The notes under the pieces were generated by a model. That model ran no database searches. It was not told the origin of the DNA and saw only the letters and a program-made list of their open reading frames with translations. DNA of 64,000 nt from Ignavibacteria bacterium (GTDB lineage: Bacteria > Bacteroidota > Ignavibacteria > Kapaibacteriales > Kapaibacteriaceae): contig JBEIIK010000002.1 of NCBI GenBank assembly GCA_040380835.1, positions 1,570 to 65,569 of the forward strand, written 5' to 3'. The position numbers and the translations under genes are program-made. Position 1 is the stretch's first letter. Every line of letters begins with the position of its first letter. Of this stretch, positions 1-9,341 are shown piece after piece.

Positions 1-282
1 TAAACATCACATAGCGTTCACATACTACCTCAAAACATGGGTAGTACTACTTAGCATTTACACAAAAGTGGACAACTAGTATTTATGCCGAGCACCGACG
101 AGCCAAACAATCAAATAAGTTATTGGCATCGGGAACTCCGATAACTGTCTGCACGGTTGACACCCCATCGACATTCCGTCCGGTTGCTTCACTCTTGGCG
201 TGTTTAGACGCGGAGAATGGAACACACGGACAATGTGCCGATCAACGGCGTTTCATTTGTGGTCACTTTGGGGAGTTCTTCG

Positions 283-1056
283 ATGACCAAATCTCTACGC
301 GTTGCCCTTTGGGCAGCAGTTCTCTCGTGCATGGGTGCCAACACAGCCCTTGCTGCCAACGGTGTTCTGAGTCCGAACGACTATATCGGATTCACGTTCT
401 TCACGGGGTACATGGCGATGTTCGCCGCCTCGGTCTTCTTCTTCTTTGAGCGCGGCCGTGTTGCCGACAAGTGGAAGACGTCTCTGTTGATCTCCGGTCT
501 GATCACGATGATCGCCGCCGTTCACTACTTCTACATGCGTGGCGTGTGGCTCGACACGGGTACATCGCCAACGCAGTTCCGCTATATCGACTGGACCCTT
601 ACGGTTCCGCTGATGTGCGTTGAGTACTATCTGCTTCTGCGCCCTGCCGGTGCTTCAAGTAACATGATGTGGCGCCTCATTCTGGGTGCAGTCGTCATGC
701 TCGTTGCCGGTTACTACGGCGAAGCCGTCCAGCCAGACAAGAACGTCATGTGGGGCGTGATCTCCACCATCGGCTGGGCTGGTATCATTTATGAAATCTA
801 CATGGGCGAAGCCAGCAAGCTGGCCGGTGCATCCGACAACCCAGCCGTCAAGGCCGCCTTTACGCAGCTCCGCTGGTTCACACTCGTTGGTTGGGCTATC
901 TATCCAATCGGCTACATGCTTCTGCCAGGCAACCTGCTTTCCGGCATGGGCATCGCTCCATCGAACATGGATCTGATCTATAACATCGGTGATGCCGTCA
1001 ATAAGATCGGCTTCGGTCTGGTCGTCTATGGCATGGCTATCAACGATAGCAAGTAA
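283..1056 (+). CDS. Microbial rhodopsin, proteorhodopsin family. Light-driven H+ pump with a DTE motif, cleavable signal peptide and the retinal Schiff-base Lys in helix G.
   Basis: Seven-TM protein. Helix C reads 'RYIDWTLTVPLMCVEY' (D, T at +4, E at +11, as in proteorhodopsin D97/T101/E108). The 'HYFYMRG' His75 equivalent is present. Helix F/G reads 'GWAIYPIGY' and 'LIYNIGDAVNKIGFGL' (Lys). The N-terminus 'MTKSLRVALWAAVLSCMGANTALA' is signal-peptide like. The ORF track starts at 217; an internal ATG at 283 gives the signal-peptide start. Confidence 0.9.
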   Translation: MTKSLRVALWAAVLSCMGANTALAANGVLSPNDYIGFTFFTGYMAMFAASVFFFFERGRVADKWKTSLLISGLITMIAAVHYFYMRGVWLDTGTSPTQFRYIDWTLTVPLMCVEYYLLLRPAGASSNMMWRLILGAVVMLVAGYYGEAVQPDKNVMWGVISTIGWAGIIYEIYMGEASKLAGASDNPAVKAAFTQLRWFTLVGWAIYPIGYMLLPGNLLSGMGIAPSNMDLIYNIGDAVNKIGFGLVVYGMAINDSK

Positions 1057-1088
1057 CATCGCAGAAACGGTAGACTTTACCGTTGAAA

Positions 1089-1119
1089 GGGGCGAAGCAC
1101 TGCTTCGCCCCTTTTTTTT
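1089..1119 (+). terminator. Rho-independent terminator: a 10-bp GC-rich stem (GGGGCGAAGC / GCTTCGCCCC), a 3-nt loop and a T8 tract.
   Basis: Read directly: 1089-1098 pairs with 1102-1111, followed by tttttttt at 1112-1119. It lies 33 bp after the rhodopsin stop, between convergent genes. Confidence 0.65.
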
Positions 1120-1185
1120 CGGGTTTCAGGTTTCGTCTGTGCTGAATGTCATCGCCGCGAAAGCGGGGATGATATTCAGCACACC

Positions 1186-2313
1186 TCAAACCTGCGCAGC
1201 AGAGCGCGCAGCCACTTCGCTGCTCAGCGCAACACCCATGCCATTGCAGCCGAAGGCAACGGTGACGTGTGGACTGATGCGCTCGACGATCGGGTGCTTG
1301 GAGGGCGAGAACGCCATGGTGCCAGCCCAGCGATGGGCGATCTTAAGTTGTGGATGCGAAGGGGCGATCACCTCGCGCAGGAGTGTTTCGAGAGCCCCCT
1401 GAATACGGTCCGTGACATCGTGTGAGGTGGTGCGCTCCTCTTCGAAGGCGAGATTGCGCGCCCCACCGAGCAGGATTTGGTTGCCCACAGGACGGAAGTA
1501 CACGTAGCCTTCGTCGTAGTGGAAAGACCCGTGAAGGGGCATGCCCGGTAGTGGCTCGGTAACAAGGATCTGTCCGCGGGCCGGCTGGATCTGTGATGCC
1601 TGACCCGTGATGACCAGATCCGGAATCCACGCATTCGTTGCGATAATGACCGAGCCGGCGCGCACGGTCCAGTCACCGATTTCACCAAATACACTCAGCT
1701 CCACCGAGCCATGGCTGTCCGTAATGGATGTTACGTTCGCACCGGTGCGGATCATCACGCCGGCGCGCTGTGCCAAGCCCCATAACACGGAAACAAGCTT
1801 GCCTGAATGCAGTGTTCCTTCGACGGGGCTTGTAACTAGATGACGGACCTTTGGTGAAAACCCAAAGTTGGCAACAAGTTCGTCGCGCTGCTCGAATGTT
1901 TTCCTGCCGGTAATGGGGCGAAGCATTTCGTTCACTTCATCGATCCGATCAATCGACGGATGATCCTCGAGAAAGATCTCGTGGCCCCCATCACGGGCAA
2001 AACCCACATCGTGCCCCGCACACGTCTCAAGCAAGCGGCGCAGACCATCATGGCGACGTCGAACGATCTCGACTGCGGCATCTGCACCTAATAGATCAAT
2101 ATCGGCAGCCACTTCGCTCACTGATCCGATGCAGGCAAAGCCCGCATTACGTGTGGAGGCACCCGTGGGCACGAGTCCGCGCTCGAGTACCAGCACCCGA
2201 GCCGTGGGCTGACGTTGCAGTGCAGCCAGAGCCGACTGAATACCCACCAGACCCGCTCCGACGATCACCACGTCGGCTTCGGACCAGGCGTTGATTTCCC
2301 ACAAAGAGCGCAT
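1186..2313 (-). CDS. FAD-dependent oxidoreductase, DAO family (glycine/D-amino-acid oxidase like).
   Basis: N-terminal Rossmann motif 'VVIVGAGLVGIQSALAAL' with 'RVLVLERG' downstream, about 376 aa. The track ORF extends to 2475; the start was set at internal Met 'MRSLWEIN', just before the dinucleotide-binding motif. Confidence 0.7.
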   Translation of the reverse strand: MRSLWEINAWSEADVVIVGAGLVGIQSALAALQRQPTARVLVLERGLVPTGASTRNAGFACIGSVSEVAADIDLLGADAAVEIVRRRHDGLRRLLETCAGHDVGFARDGGHEIFLEDHPSIDRIDEVNEMLRPITGRKTFEQRDELVANFGFSPKVRHLVTSPVEGTLHSGKLVSVLWGLAQRAGVMIRTGANVTSITDSHGSVELSVFGEIGDWTVRAGSVIIATNAWIPDLVITGQASQIQPARGQILVTEPLPGMPLHGSFHYDEGYVYFRPVGNQILLGGARNLAFEEERTTSHDVTDRIQGALETLLREVIAPSHPQLKIAHRWAGTMAFSPSKHPIVERISPHVTVAFGCNGMGVALSSEVAARSAAQV

Positions 2314-2392
2314 CTGCGAATCTACGGTGTAACCCCAGCCCCCTGCAGCGGTATCTTGTCGTGGTTTAACACTCAACCGGCACTTATTCCCG

Positions 2393-2938
2393 ATGCATGC
2401 CTTGATGACCGATGAAGAGCTTTTTGCGCTCGTTCGTGATAAGAACGATGAGCAGGCATTCCGCTCGCTCTTCAAGCGCTACGACAAGCGGCTCTACGCC
2501 TATTGTCTGCGCGCACTCGGTTCTCACGAAGAGGCTCAGGACATGTTTCAGACGATATCGATGACCGTCTATGACAAGCGGTCATCGTTTACCGACGGGT
2601 CATTTGCTGCATGGCTGTTCACCATCGCCCGCAACTTCTGTCTCAAGGGACTGCGGCAGCGCAAGAATACCACCGAGTACACCGAAGAACTTCACTACTC
2701 GGAAGAAGTTGAACGTCACAGCGGCGACTTCATGCTCCGTGAAGCTCTGCACAAGGCCATCGCCGATCTGCCCGACGAGTTTCGCGAGGCTCTCGAAATG
2801 AAATACTTTGACGATCTCCCCTACGAGGACATCGCCAAGTCACTCGGCATCACGGTATCTCTGGCCAAGGTCAGGGTTTTCCGTGCCAAGAAACTCATCC
2901 AGCAATCTCTGTCCAGTATCATCAGCGAACTGCAATGA
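2393..2938 (+). CDS. ECF (sigma-70 family) RNA polymerase sigma factor.
   Basis: Region 2-like 'FAAWLFTIARNFCLKGLRQRK' and region 4 HTH 'DLPYEDIAKSLGITVSLAKVRVFRAKKL'. 181 aa. Confidence 0.85.
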   Translation: MHALMTDEELFALVRDKNDEQAFRSLFKRYDKRLYAYCLRALGSHEEAQDMFQTISMTVYDKRSSFTDGSFAAWLFTIARNFCLKGLRQRKNTTEYTEELHYSEEVERHSGDFMLREALHKAIADLPDEFREALEMKYFDDLPYEDIAKSLGITVSLAKVRVFRAKKLIQQSLSSIISELQ

Positions 2939-3783
2939 CGAATCAGGAACTTCTCGCCGGCTTCCTTGATCGATCGCTTAGCGAAGATCAACTGCTCGAA
3001 TTCGAACAGCGGCAACTCGAATCGCCCGAGTTTGCGCAGGAAGTGCGCGAAATGCTCACCGTTGAGAACCTGCTTACCGACTCCGCTCCCAAGGTGCGCC
3101 TGCCGCTGGAGTTTCTCGCTAAGGTCGAATCCTCTGTGGCTGCACAGATCATTGCCGGCGCTGCAACGGGCGGCATTCTCGGCACTCTCGCCAAGTTCGG
3201 CTGGGGCTGGATCGCCGGTGGAACAACGGCAGCGGTTGTCGGCGGCACGGCACTCTACGTAGCGGCCACACGCACTGACGAGGTGCACCCGGATCCACGT
3301 CCGGCACGCATCATGTCTGCACCGAAGACCGTTACGCCCCCTGACGTTCTGCAGCCTGAAGCCGTAGCTCCGGCCACTCAGCCTCCGGTGACCAACCGCG
3401 AGGCGAGTAAAGTGGACGTGAGCATCAAGGCCACGCCAACGAACTCCGCACTCGATCAGCTTCGGGCTGATTACGAGACATGCTCCTCAACAAGCGACCG
3501 CGTACGCTGCGCACAGATCGCTCTGCAGATCGGACGGAAGCTGCGTCAGACGCAGCGCGCAAGTGAAGCCGAAACCTATCTCACGGCTGCCGTCAACCAC
3601 GCCCGCGCTGCGCGACTGGCTCAGTTTGAAGTTGATGCTCTAGGTGAACTCGGACTCGTAATGGCTGAGCGGGGTGATCTGCAGCAGGCGGCCGTGTACC
3701 TGCAAAAGGCAATAGACCGCGGCCAGAGTGCACGCATCGTAACCGCGACGTGGTCAACGGCGCTCGAGAACCTGAACCGATAA
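2935..3783 (+). CDS. Putative membrane-spanning anti-sigma factor, translationally coupled to the ECF sigma.
   Basis: ATGA stop/start overlap with the sigma gene. Short N-terminal cytoplasmic domain, one Gly/Ala-rich TM segment ('AAQIIAGAATGGILGTLAKFGWGWIAGG'), and a C-terminal TPR-like helical domain. Confidence 0.55.
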   Translation: MTNQELLAGFLDRSLSEDQLLEFEQRQLESPEFAQEVREMLTVENLLTDSAPKVRLPLEFLAKVESSVAAQIIAGAATGGILGTLAKFGWGWIAGGTTAAVVGGTALYVAATRTDEVHPDPRPARIMSAPKTVTPPDVLQPEAVAPATQPPVTNREASKVDVSIKATPTNSALDQLRADYETCSSTSDRVRCAQIALQIGRKLRQTQRASEAETYLTAAVNHARAARLAQFEVDALGELGLVMAERGDLQQAAVYLQKAIDRGQSARIVTATWSTALENLNR

Positions 3784-5772
3784 GCGCATGCCGCGTCGCT
3801 CGTAGAACGCCCGCTCCGCCGGTCCGAGACCGCGTGTGGTCCATTCCGCCAGTGGGCGCGCCGACTCTGCCCCCTTGCTGAGCGCCGTGCTTTGCGGTGT
3901 TCCCCCATTCAGGCCGAATGTCAGGACCTCCGTGCGCTTCACCGGACGCGATGCTGAGGAAAGGGGCATGCGCGATGTCAGCGAGATCCGCACCTTATCA
4001 CTTTCGGTGCTGGCATCATCCACATCGTCCACGTGTAACGTTATCACGACAGGCTTCTTGAAAGCCGCATCAGCTACGATGTCGTCGTTCATGTTCCATG
4101 CAACTGTTGCCGGAAGTGCACCGCTGCCTGAAAACGTCCGCACCGACACGCCATCAAGTGTTGCATCGATCGACCACGATCGCACCCCGGCTTCACTGAT
4201 CACATCCGGTAGAAGCTGCAGCCGCGGCAGTTGCGTTTCTATCGTCGATTCGGTGAACTCGATGGGTGCGAGAAGCTCCGGACTTGCTTGATCTATGATC
4301 ACCACGGATGAGGAAGTGCCGGGCAGGGCATCATCGGCGCCGGAAATCAAATGCGACAATACTCGTGATTCGCTGATCCCAAAGCGTGTGGTGAGGTAGG
4401 TCCGCACTGCTGCCAGACGATATGCCGATCGGCCCGATTGGCCATCCTTATCCCGCGCTACAAGCGTACAGGTCGTTGACGGCATCCGGCGCATGCGCGC
4501 GCCGATCACATTCAGTACGTGGTACTGCCAGTGCCCGGCGGCTGTGCCCGCAACAGCCCCCTCCTTCCACGCGCGCGCCTGCTGAACGCTAAGTTGCTGA
4601 TACCGTGCCGGGATCTCAGTCGATGCGTCATCAAAGATGATGGCCGGAACGAAGCTGACCACCCGGTGCGACTCGACACGCACAGCCGCCAGACGTGCAT
4701 CACGGGTCACCTGACCGTCTTCGTCGATAAACTGCAACTGCAGAGCTGCGCGAAGCACGGAAGGGGGCTTGGGCACGGCCATGCGATACGTCTCACGTCG
4801 GCGGACATACCGCTGCTCAGCGCCCTCGGCATCCTGCTGCGAAACCGTATCCACCGTCGTGCTCATCAGCATCGTCATCGATTCAGTTATACCACGCGTC
4901 AGCTCAACAAACGTGTCGCGCTCTACGCGCACACCCAGTGCCACAGCCGGCGGCGGCACCATCACGGGCGGTTGCGTATCAACCTTTGGCGCAACGACAG
5001 CCCCACGCCCCATGCGGTAGCGCAGACCAACGCCGATGGAGAGCGATCGCATGTTGAATGCGCCATCATTAGTGATCGACGTCAGTGCCTGCGAAAACCC
5101 GATACGAGGCACGAGCACCCAAGACCCCGATGGACTAGCCTGAATGTTTGCCTCAGCAAACATTGTAATCAACGGCACGACCGTTCGGATATTCGGAACA
5201 CGACCACGTGCCGTCGCCTGCTCAATGCTTCCATCAACAAAACGCAGTCCGGCAGGATCGGAGAATACCATCGTCTGGTTGAACCTCGATGCCGTTACCG
5301 ACATCAAAGGAAGTCCTGCACCGATGCAGAGCCACGCTGCGGGTTCGTAGCGCAGGTATGGCATTACCCCGATCAAAGTCATCGTCGTTTGAAGATTATG
5401 CTGCAGCGTGGCAAGCGCAATCCCTCCTCCTTCGATGGCAATCGGTGCGCGCTCGAACGCATCGTAACGGAGCTGTACTGTCTGTGCATCCAGACGCAGA
5501 CCAGCACGCAGTCCCCGGTAGACAGGAAGATCGGCACCGAGACCTGCCGTCAGATGTGTTGCTCCCGACACCGGGTCGTATCGCAGATTTCCGGGTGAGG
5601 CAATTCCCGGTACACTTCCGAAGGACCCCGAGGGGGCTGATGAAACTGCGCCAACGGATGCATCAATGTTCCATGAGGAATTCTCCTGCTGGGCGCATAG
5701 TCGCACTGACCATGCAAGGAGCATAGCGCACAGAGTGATGCACGTGGAATGACGGTTCACGATGCCACGCAT
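3754..5772 (-). CDS. Secreted or outer-membrane hypothetical protein (672 aa) with Gln at +1 after the signal peptide.
   Basis: Signal peptide '...AWSVRLCA|QQENS'. Long ORF on the minus strand. No recognisable catalytic motif. Confidence 0.45.
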   Translation of the reverse strand: MRGIVNRHSTCITLCAMLLAWSVRLCAQQENSSWNIDASVGAVSSAPSGSFGSVPGIASPGNLRYDPVSGATHLTAGLGADLPVYRGLRAGLRLDAQTVQLRYDAFERAPIAIEGGGIALATLQHNLQTTMTLIGVMPYLRYEPAAWLCIGAGLPLMSVTASRFNQTMVFSDPAGLRFVDGSIEQATARGRVPNIRTVVPLITMFAEANIQASPSGSWVLVPRIGFSQALTSITNDGAFNMRSLSIGVGLRYRMGRGAVVAPKVDTQPPVMVPPPAVALGVRVERDTFVELTRGITESMTMLMSTTVDTVSQQDAEGAEQRYVRRRETYRMAVPKPPSVLRAALQLQFIDEDGQVTRDARLAAVRVESHRVVSFVPAIIFDDASTEIPARYQQLSVQQARAWKEGAVAGTAAGHWQYHVLNVIGARMRRMPSTTCTLVARDKDGQSGRSAYRLAAVRTYLTTRFGISESRVLSHLISGADDALPGTSSSVVIIDQASPELLAPIEFTESTIETQLPRLQLLPDVISEAGVRSWSIDATLDGVSVRTFSGSGALPATVAWNMNDDIVADAAFKKPVVITLHVDDVDDASTESDKVRISLTSRMPLSSASRPVKRTEVLTFGLNGGTPQSTALSKGAESARPLAEWTTRGLGPAERAFYERRGMRLSVQVLERR

Positions 5773-7211
5773 TACTGCACGATGAAGATGCGCACAACGC
5801 TCAGGAGCGTGCCGCCAAGTTCACTTTCAACCGCCAGCCGGGCGAAGTAGTTACCGCGCGGTAACACGACATCTGCACTGCCCGAGGAGGCCACCGTGAA
5901 ATCGCGAGCGCCGGAGCGCAGCTGCGACGTCAAGTCCGCGGCTACCACACCAGCAGCATCAACAATGATGAGGCTCACACCGTTGGTAGGAAGGTTCCGC
6001 ACGCGCATGGTCGAGGTCGTGGCAACGGGGTTCGGGTCTACGTCAAGAACCAGAACGCCCTGCAGTGGATTGGCCAGACGCGGACGTCCGTCCTGGTACC
6101 GCCAGACGTTGGTGATGTTCACCGTCGTAGCAATGTCGGTAAGCCCCTTTACCGTGCCACCCGACAATGTGTAGGATGCATTACGAAGGTCAAGCGGCGA
6201 AGCATCATTATCACCAAGAGCAACAACAAACCGAATGGTAGCGGCGATCACGCCGCTGCGGTCCACATTCAGCGATCCGCCGGCGAACGCATCACGCCTG
6301 AGCGTCAGCACCTGACGTCCGTCACGTACCGAAAGCGTCTGTCCGGATTCGGGCAGAGCCACCAGAAGCGTGGGATTATACGAGAGGTCAAAGCTGATAC
6401 TCTCGATCTGCTCCGGAACATCGATCGGACCCGAGGCGGCCAGACGCACGTCAATGGTCAGCGTGTCACCTATGCGCGCATTGAACGTCGTGCCGCCGAG
6501 ATCGGGTCTGAGCGTAATGGGGCGCGGCCGTGCCGCACCGCGCAGATACACCCACGCGGTATCGAGACGCAGACCACCGCGCAGCTTCCTGACGATGCCG
6601 ACGGTGTCCGTAAAGCGTCCAACGGTCACTGGATGAAAAGAAAACAGAAATGCGAGTGTGTCGCGTCCGCGTCGCACCGGACCCTGGAGCGTGGTCGATC
6701 GGAACGGGGCGCTCGGTACACGAGTGTACTCCCACTCGAAGTCATCGGCCGGACCCGACCGGAACAGGACCAGTCGGCGTGCCGAATCAGCGACATCAAT
6801 GACGCCAAAATCAACATCCTCTGCACGCTCGATCCAGAACGCCGAACCGAATAGCCTGACCTTGATACGGTTCTCGGATGACTTGCCGATCTGTGGCTGA
6901 CGCTCAAGTTCGATGAAATCTTCGACGTCGCCGGCAACGGTCGGAAGGAACGCTACTCGCAGTCTAATCTCTCCATTACGGATCACAAGGTCCTGAACAC
7001 TCGATGTGATCCTGAACGGGGCTCCTGCTGGCCTAACGATGTTGTACTGGCCTGACGGCGTAAGACCACGGAGAACAAGTTCCTGCTCACGCTGCGCACC
7101 AACGGGCATCGGGGGAAAGAACAGCTCACCGGACAGATCAGGCCTCTGGGCTGAGAGCCTGATGCCAGAGCAGAGCATCAGTGCGATGAGAATGATTCGG
7201 TACGTCATCAT
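5772..7211 (-). CDS. Secreted protein with a T9SS (Por) C-terminal sorting domain.
   Basis: Signal peptide '...CSGIRLSA|QRPD'. C-terminal roughly 80 aa 'DPNPVATTSTMRVRNLP...LIIVDAAGVV...GNYFARLAV...VVRIFIVQ' fits the Por_Secre_tail pattern. Confidence 0.55.
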   Translation of the reverse strand: MMTYRIILIALMLCSGIRLSAQRPDLSGELFFPPMPVGAQREQELVLRGLTPSGQYNIVRPAGAPFRITSSVQDLVIRNGEIRLRVAFLPTVAGDVEDFIELERQPQIGKSSENRIKVRLFGSAFWIERAEDVDFGVIDVADSARRLVLFRSGPADDFEWEYTRVPSAPFRSTTLQGPVRRGRDTLAFLFSFHPVTVGRFTDTVGIVRKLRGGLRLDTAWVYLRGAARPRPITLRPDLGGTTFNARIGDTLTIDVRLAASGPIDVPEQIESISFDLSYNPTLLVALPESGQTLSVRDGRQVLTLRRDAFAGGSLNVDRSGVIAATIRFVVALGDNDASPLDLRNASYTLSGGTVKGLTDIATTVNITNVWRYQDGRPRLANPLQGVLVLDVDPNPVATTSTMRVRNLPTNGVSLIIVDAAGVVAADLTSQLRSGARDFTVASSGSADVVLPRGNYFARLAVESELGGTLLSVVRIFIVQ

Positions 7212-7271
7212 AAATGCCTATGTCAGGTGAGTCCAGATACCGCAAGAGACGGCATCGTTACAGCCGGCAAC

Positions 7272-9341
7272 CTAGGGCATGGAGCCGTAGATCGTGCACG
7301 AGGTCTGGTCCCACTCCTGGCGCACCACTCTGCCGGAGCCGCGCACGCGAACCTCGAAGCCGGCCGAGTGCAGCACAGTGACAGCTTTGCGCATCGAAAA
7401 GCCAAGTACGCCCGGACGCGACGTACCGGGACTCGGAGAACGCAACGTAAGCCGTACCGGTGAGCCCCGTACCAGTCGCGATCCGGGATCCGGCCACTGG
7501 TGAACGATAAGCCCCTTGCTGCCTACCGTGTCACCACGCAGCCCAAGACGCTCCAGCACCGAATCAGCCGATGCCGACTGCAGACCCCGAACGTCAGGAA
7601 CGACCACGGTGTCCGACGACGGAACTGCGGAAATGGTTTGCTGCGTCTGCACATCCAGACGGAGCATTGTCATGGTCTTCTGCACAACGCGGTGAAAGAC
7701 CGGAGCCGCCGTGCTCCCGCCGTAGATGTCATTGGTGGGATTCTCCAGGATCACCATCATGGCCACACGGGGCTTATCAGCCGGATAGAATCCGACAAAC
7801 GAAGCACGGTAGTTCTTCCGGTCGTAGGCCCCCTGCGTGTATGCCTGTGTCGTGCCGGTCTTTCCGGCAATACGCAGTCCGGGAATGGCTGCTCGCTTTC
7901 CGGTACCATTACTGACCACACCGACAAGCATCTCGGTGAGTACGCGGGCCGTTTCCGGACGGATCACCTGACGCACCCGCTGCGGCGCGATCTCACGCAG
8001 AACGGATCCGTCCTTGGCCGTGATGGCACGTACAACGCGCGGCTGCATCAACACGCCACCGTTGGCTATCGCGGCATAGGCGCTGAGCACCTGAAGGGGC
8101 GTGGCACTGACCTCGTAACCAAAGGACATGTACATCTTGGTAGAGGCATCAAATTCGTTCGGTTTCTTGAGCCGACCGCGAACCTCGCCGGGCAGATCAA
8201 TCCCGCAGGGAATGCCAAACCCAAAGTCACGGACATACTTGAAAAACACCCTGTCGTCCAGGCGGCGGGCCAAGGTTGCAAAGACCACGTTGCTGGACTG
8301 TTCGAGAGCCCCCTGAAAGGTGGTCTGCCCAACCGGGTGATCATCTTTGACGATCGCACCGCCCGGCATGAGGAGCTCTCCCGAGCCGCCGTCAACCACA
8401 TCGGTCCGACCTATGCGCCCCTCTTCGAGCAGGGCCGCCGCCGTAATGGCCTTCATCGTTGAGCCCGGTTCGAACTGGTCGGTGATGGCGCGGATACGGA
8501 TGTTCTCATCCGAGGCAAGATCAAGACGGTTCGGATGGAATGACGGAAACGAGGCCATGGCCAGGATGTCTCCGGATGAGGGCTCAATGGCAACGACTGT
8601 CCCGCTGCTTGCGCCCGCCTCTCGGACGCCGCGCTCAAGTTCCTGCTCGACCACGCGCTGGATCTCAAGATCCACAGTTAGCTGCAGTCCCTGCCCGTCG
8701 AGCGGCGCCTCCCGCTCGGGGTCGATACCCGGACGCAGACGTCCGCGACCATCGCGCTGCATGACGACGAAACCGCTGCGACCGCGCAGGAGCTCATTGT
8801 ACTGCAGTTCAAGTCCAGTGAGGCCGTTGTTGTCCACGTCCGTGGTGCCCACAACCTGGGCGGCAAGCGGACCATGGGAGAAGAGACGCTTGGGTTCCTT
8901 GACCCGGATAAGCCCCTTGATCTTGATCGTGTCAAGCACCGGATACAGTACGGTGTTGATGGCGCGTGCAAGCCAGACGAAGCGTCCCTTGGCATTGCGC
9001 ATACGGTCGAGATAGACCTGGGCAGGTTCGCCATCGGCTGAGGCTAGAAGCTGCGCCACAAGTTCGCGCTGCTCGATGATCGTCGGGTCAACGGCAAAGG
9101 ACGTCATCTTCATCATCGTCGCAATATCGTGTCCATTGCGGTCGGTAAGACGTCCGCGTTCGGCACGCAGCGGTACCTTGCTTTCATATTGCTTCTTGGC
9201 AAGATCCCGGTAGCGCGCACCTTCGACAAGCTGCACAAAGAACAGACGTCCGACGACAAGCGCAAAGGCAACAGCAAAGGCCAGCCTGAGCAGTCCGGCC
9301 TTTACACGAATGGGCTCATAAGCGCTATCGGACGTTGTCAT
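7272..9341 (-). CDS. ftsI: Class B penicillin-binding protein (FtsI/PBP3-like transpeptidase) with two C-terminal PASTA domains.
   Basis: SXXK active site 'FEPGSTMKAITAAALLEEG', N-terminal TM anchor, dimerisation domain. C-terminal 'VPDVRGLQSASADSVLERLGL...' and 'PGVLGFSMRKAVTVLHSAGFEV' are PASTA-like repeats. Confidence 0.85.
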   Translation of the reverse strand: MTTSDSAYEPIRVKAGLLRLAFAVAFALVVGRLFFVQLVEGARYRDLAKKQYESKVPLRAERGRLTDRNGHDIATMMKMTSFAVDPTIIEQRELVAQLLASADGEPAQVYLDRMRNAKGRFVWLARAINTVLYPVLDTIKIKGLIRVKEPKRLFSHGPLAAQVVGTTDVDNNGLTGLELQYNELLRGRSGFVVMQRDGRGRLRPGIDPEREAPLDGQGLQLTVDLEIQRVVEQELERGVREAGASSGTVVAIEPSSGDILAMASFPSFHPNRLDLASDENIRIRAITDQFEPGSTMKAITAAALLEEGRIGRTDVVDGGSGELLMPGGAIVKDDHPVGQTTFQGALEQSSNVVFATLARRLDDRVFFKYVRDFGFGIPCGIDLPGEVRGRLKKPNEFDASTKMYMSFGYEVSATPLQVLSAYAAIANGGVLMQPRVVRAITAKDGSVLREIAPQRVRQVIRPETARVLTEMLVGVVSNGTGKRAAIPGLRIAGKTGTTQAYTQGAYDRKNYRASFVGFYPADKPRVAMMVILENPTNDIYGGSTAAPVFHRVVQKTMTMLRLDVQTQQTISAVPSSDTVVVPDVRGLQSASADSVLERLGLRGDTVGSKGLIVHQWPDPGSRLVRGSPVRLTLRSPSPGTSRPGVLGFSMRKAVTVLHSAGFEVRVRGSGRVVRQEWDQTSCTIYGSMP

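Noticed and set aside
217-282. Upstream ATG (217) as the rhodopsin start.
   Set aside because: It would put 22 polar residues in front of a clear signal peptide. The ATG at 283 gives an N-terminus consistent with an exported proteorhodopsin.
1186-2313. The FAD oxidoreductase next to the rhodopsin as a carotenoid ketolase or desaturase (CrtO/CrtI-like).
   Set aside because: The sequence has DAO/glycine-oxidase-type organisation (about 376 aa) rather than the longer phytoene-desaturase/amine-oxidase family fold of CrtO/CrtI, so no carotenoid role is claimed.
4519-5598. 359-aa plus-strand ORF inside the 3754-5772 minus-strand secreted-protein gene.
   Set aside because: The translation is Arg/His/Cys-rich low-complexity with no motifs, which is a typical high-GC antisense shadow ORF. 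The minus-strand ORF has a signal peptide and a Q-rule site.
7500-9015. Plus-strand ORFs (320 aa, 222 aa, 114 aa) overlapping the ftsI gene.
   Set aside because: Antisense to a strongly supported PBP (SXXK, PASTA). The translations are Arg/Pro/Ser-rich nonsense.
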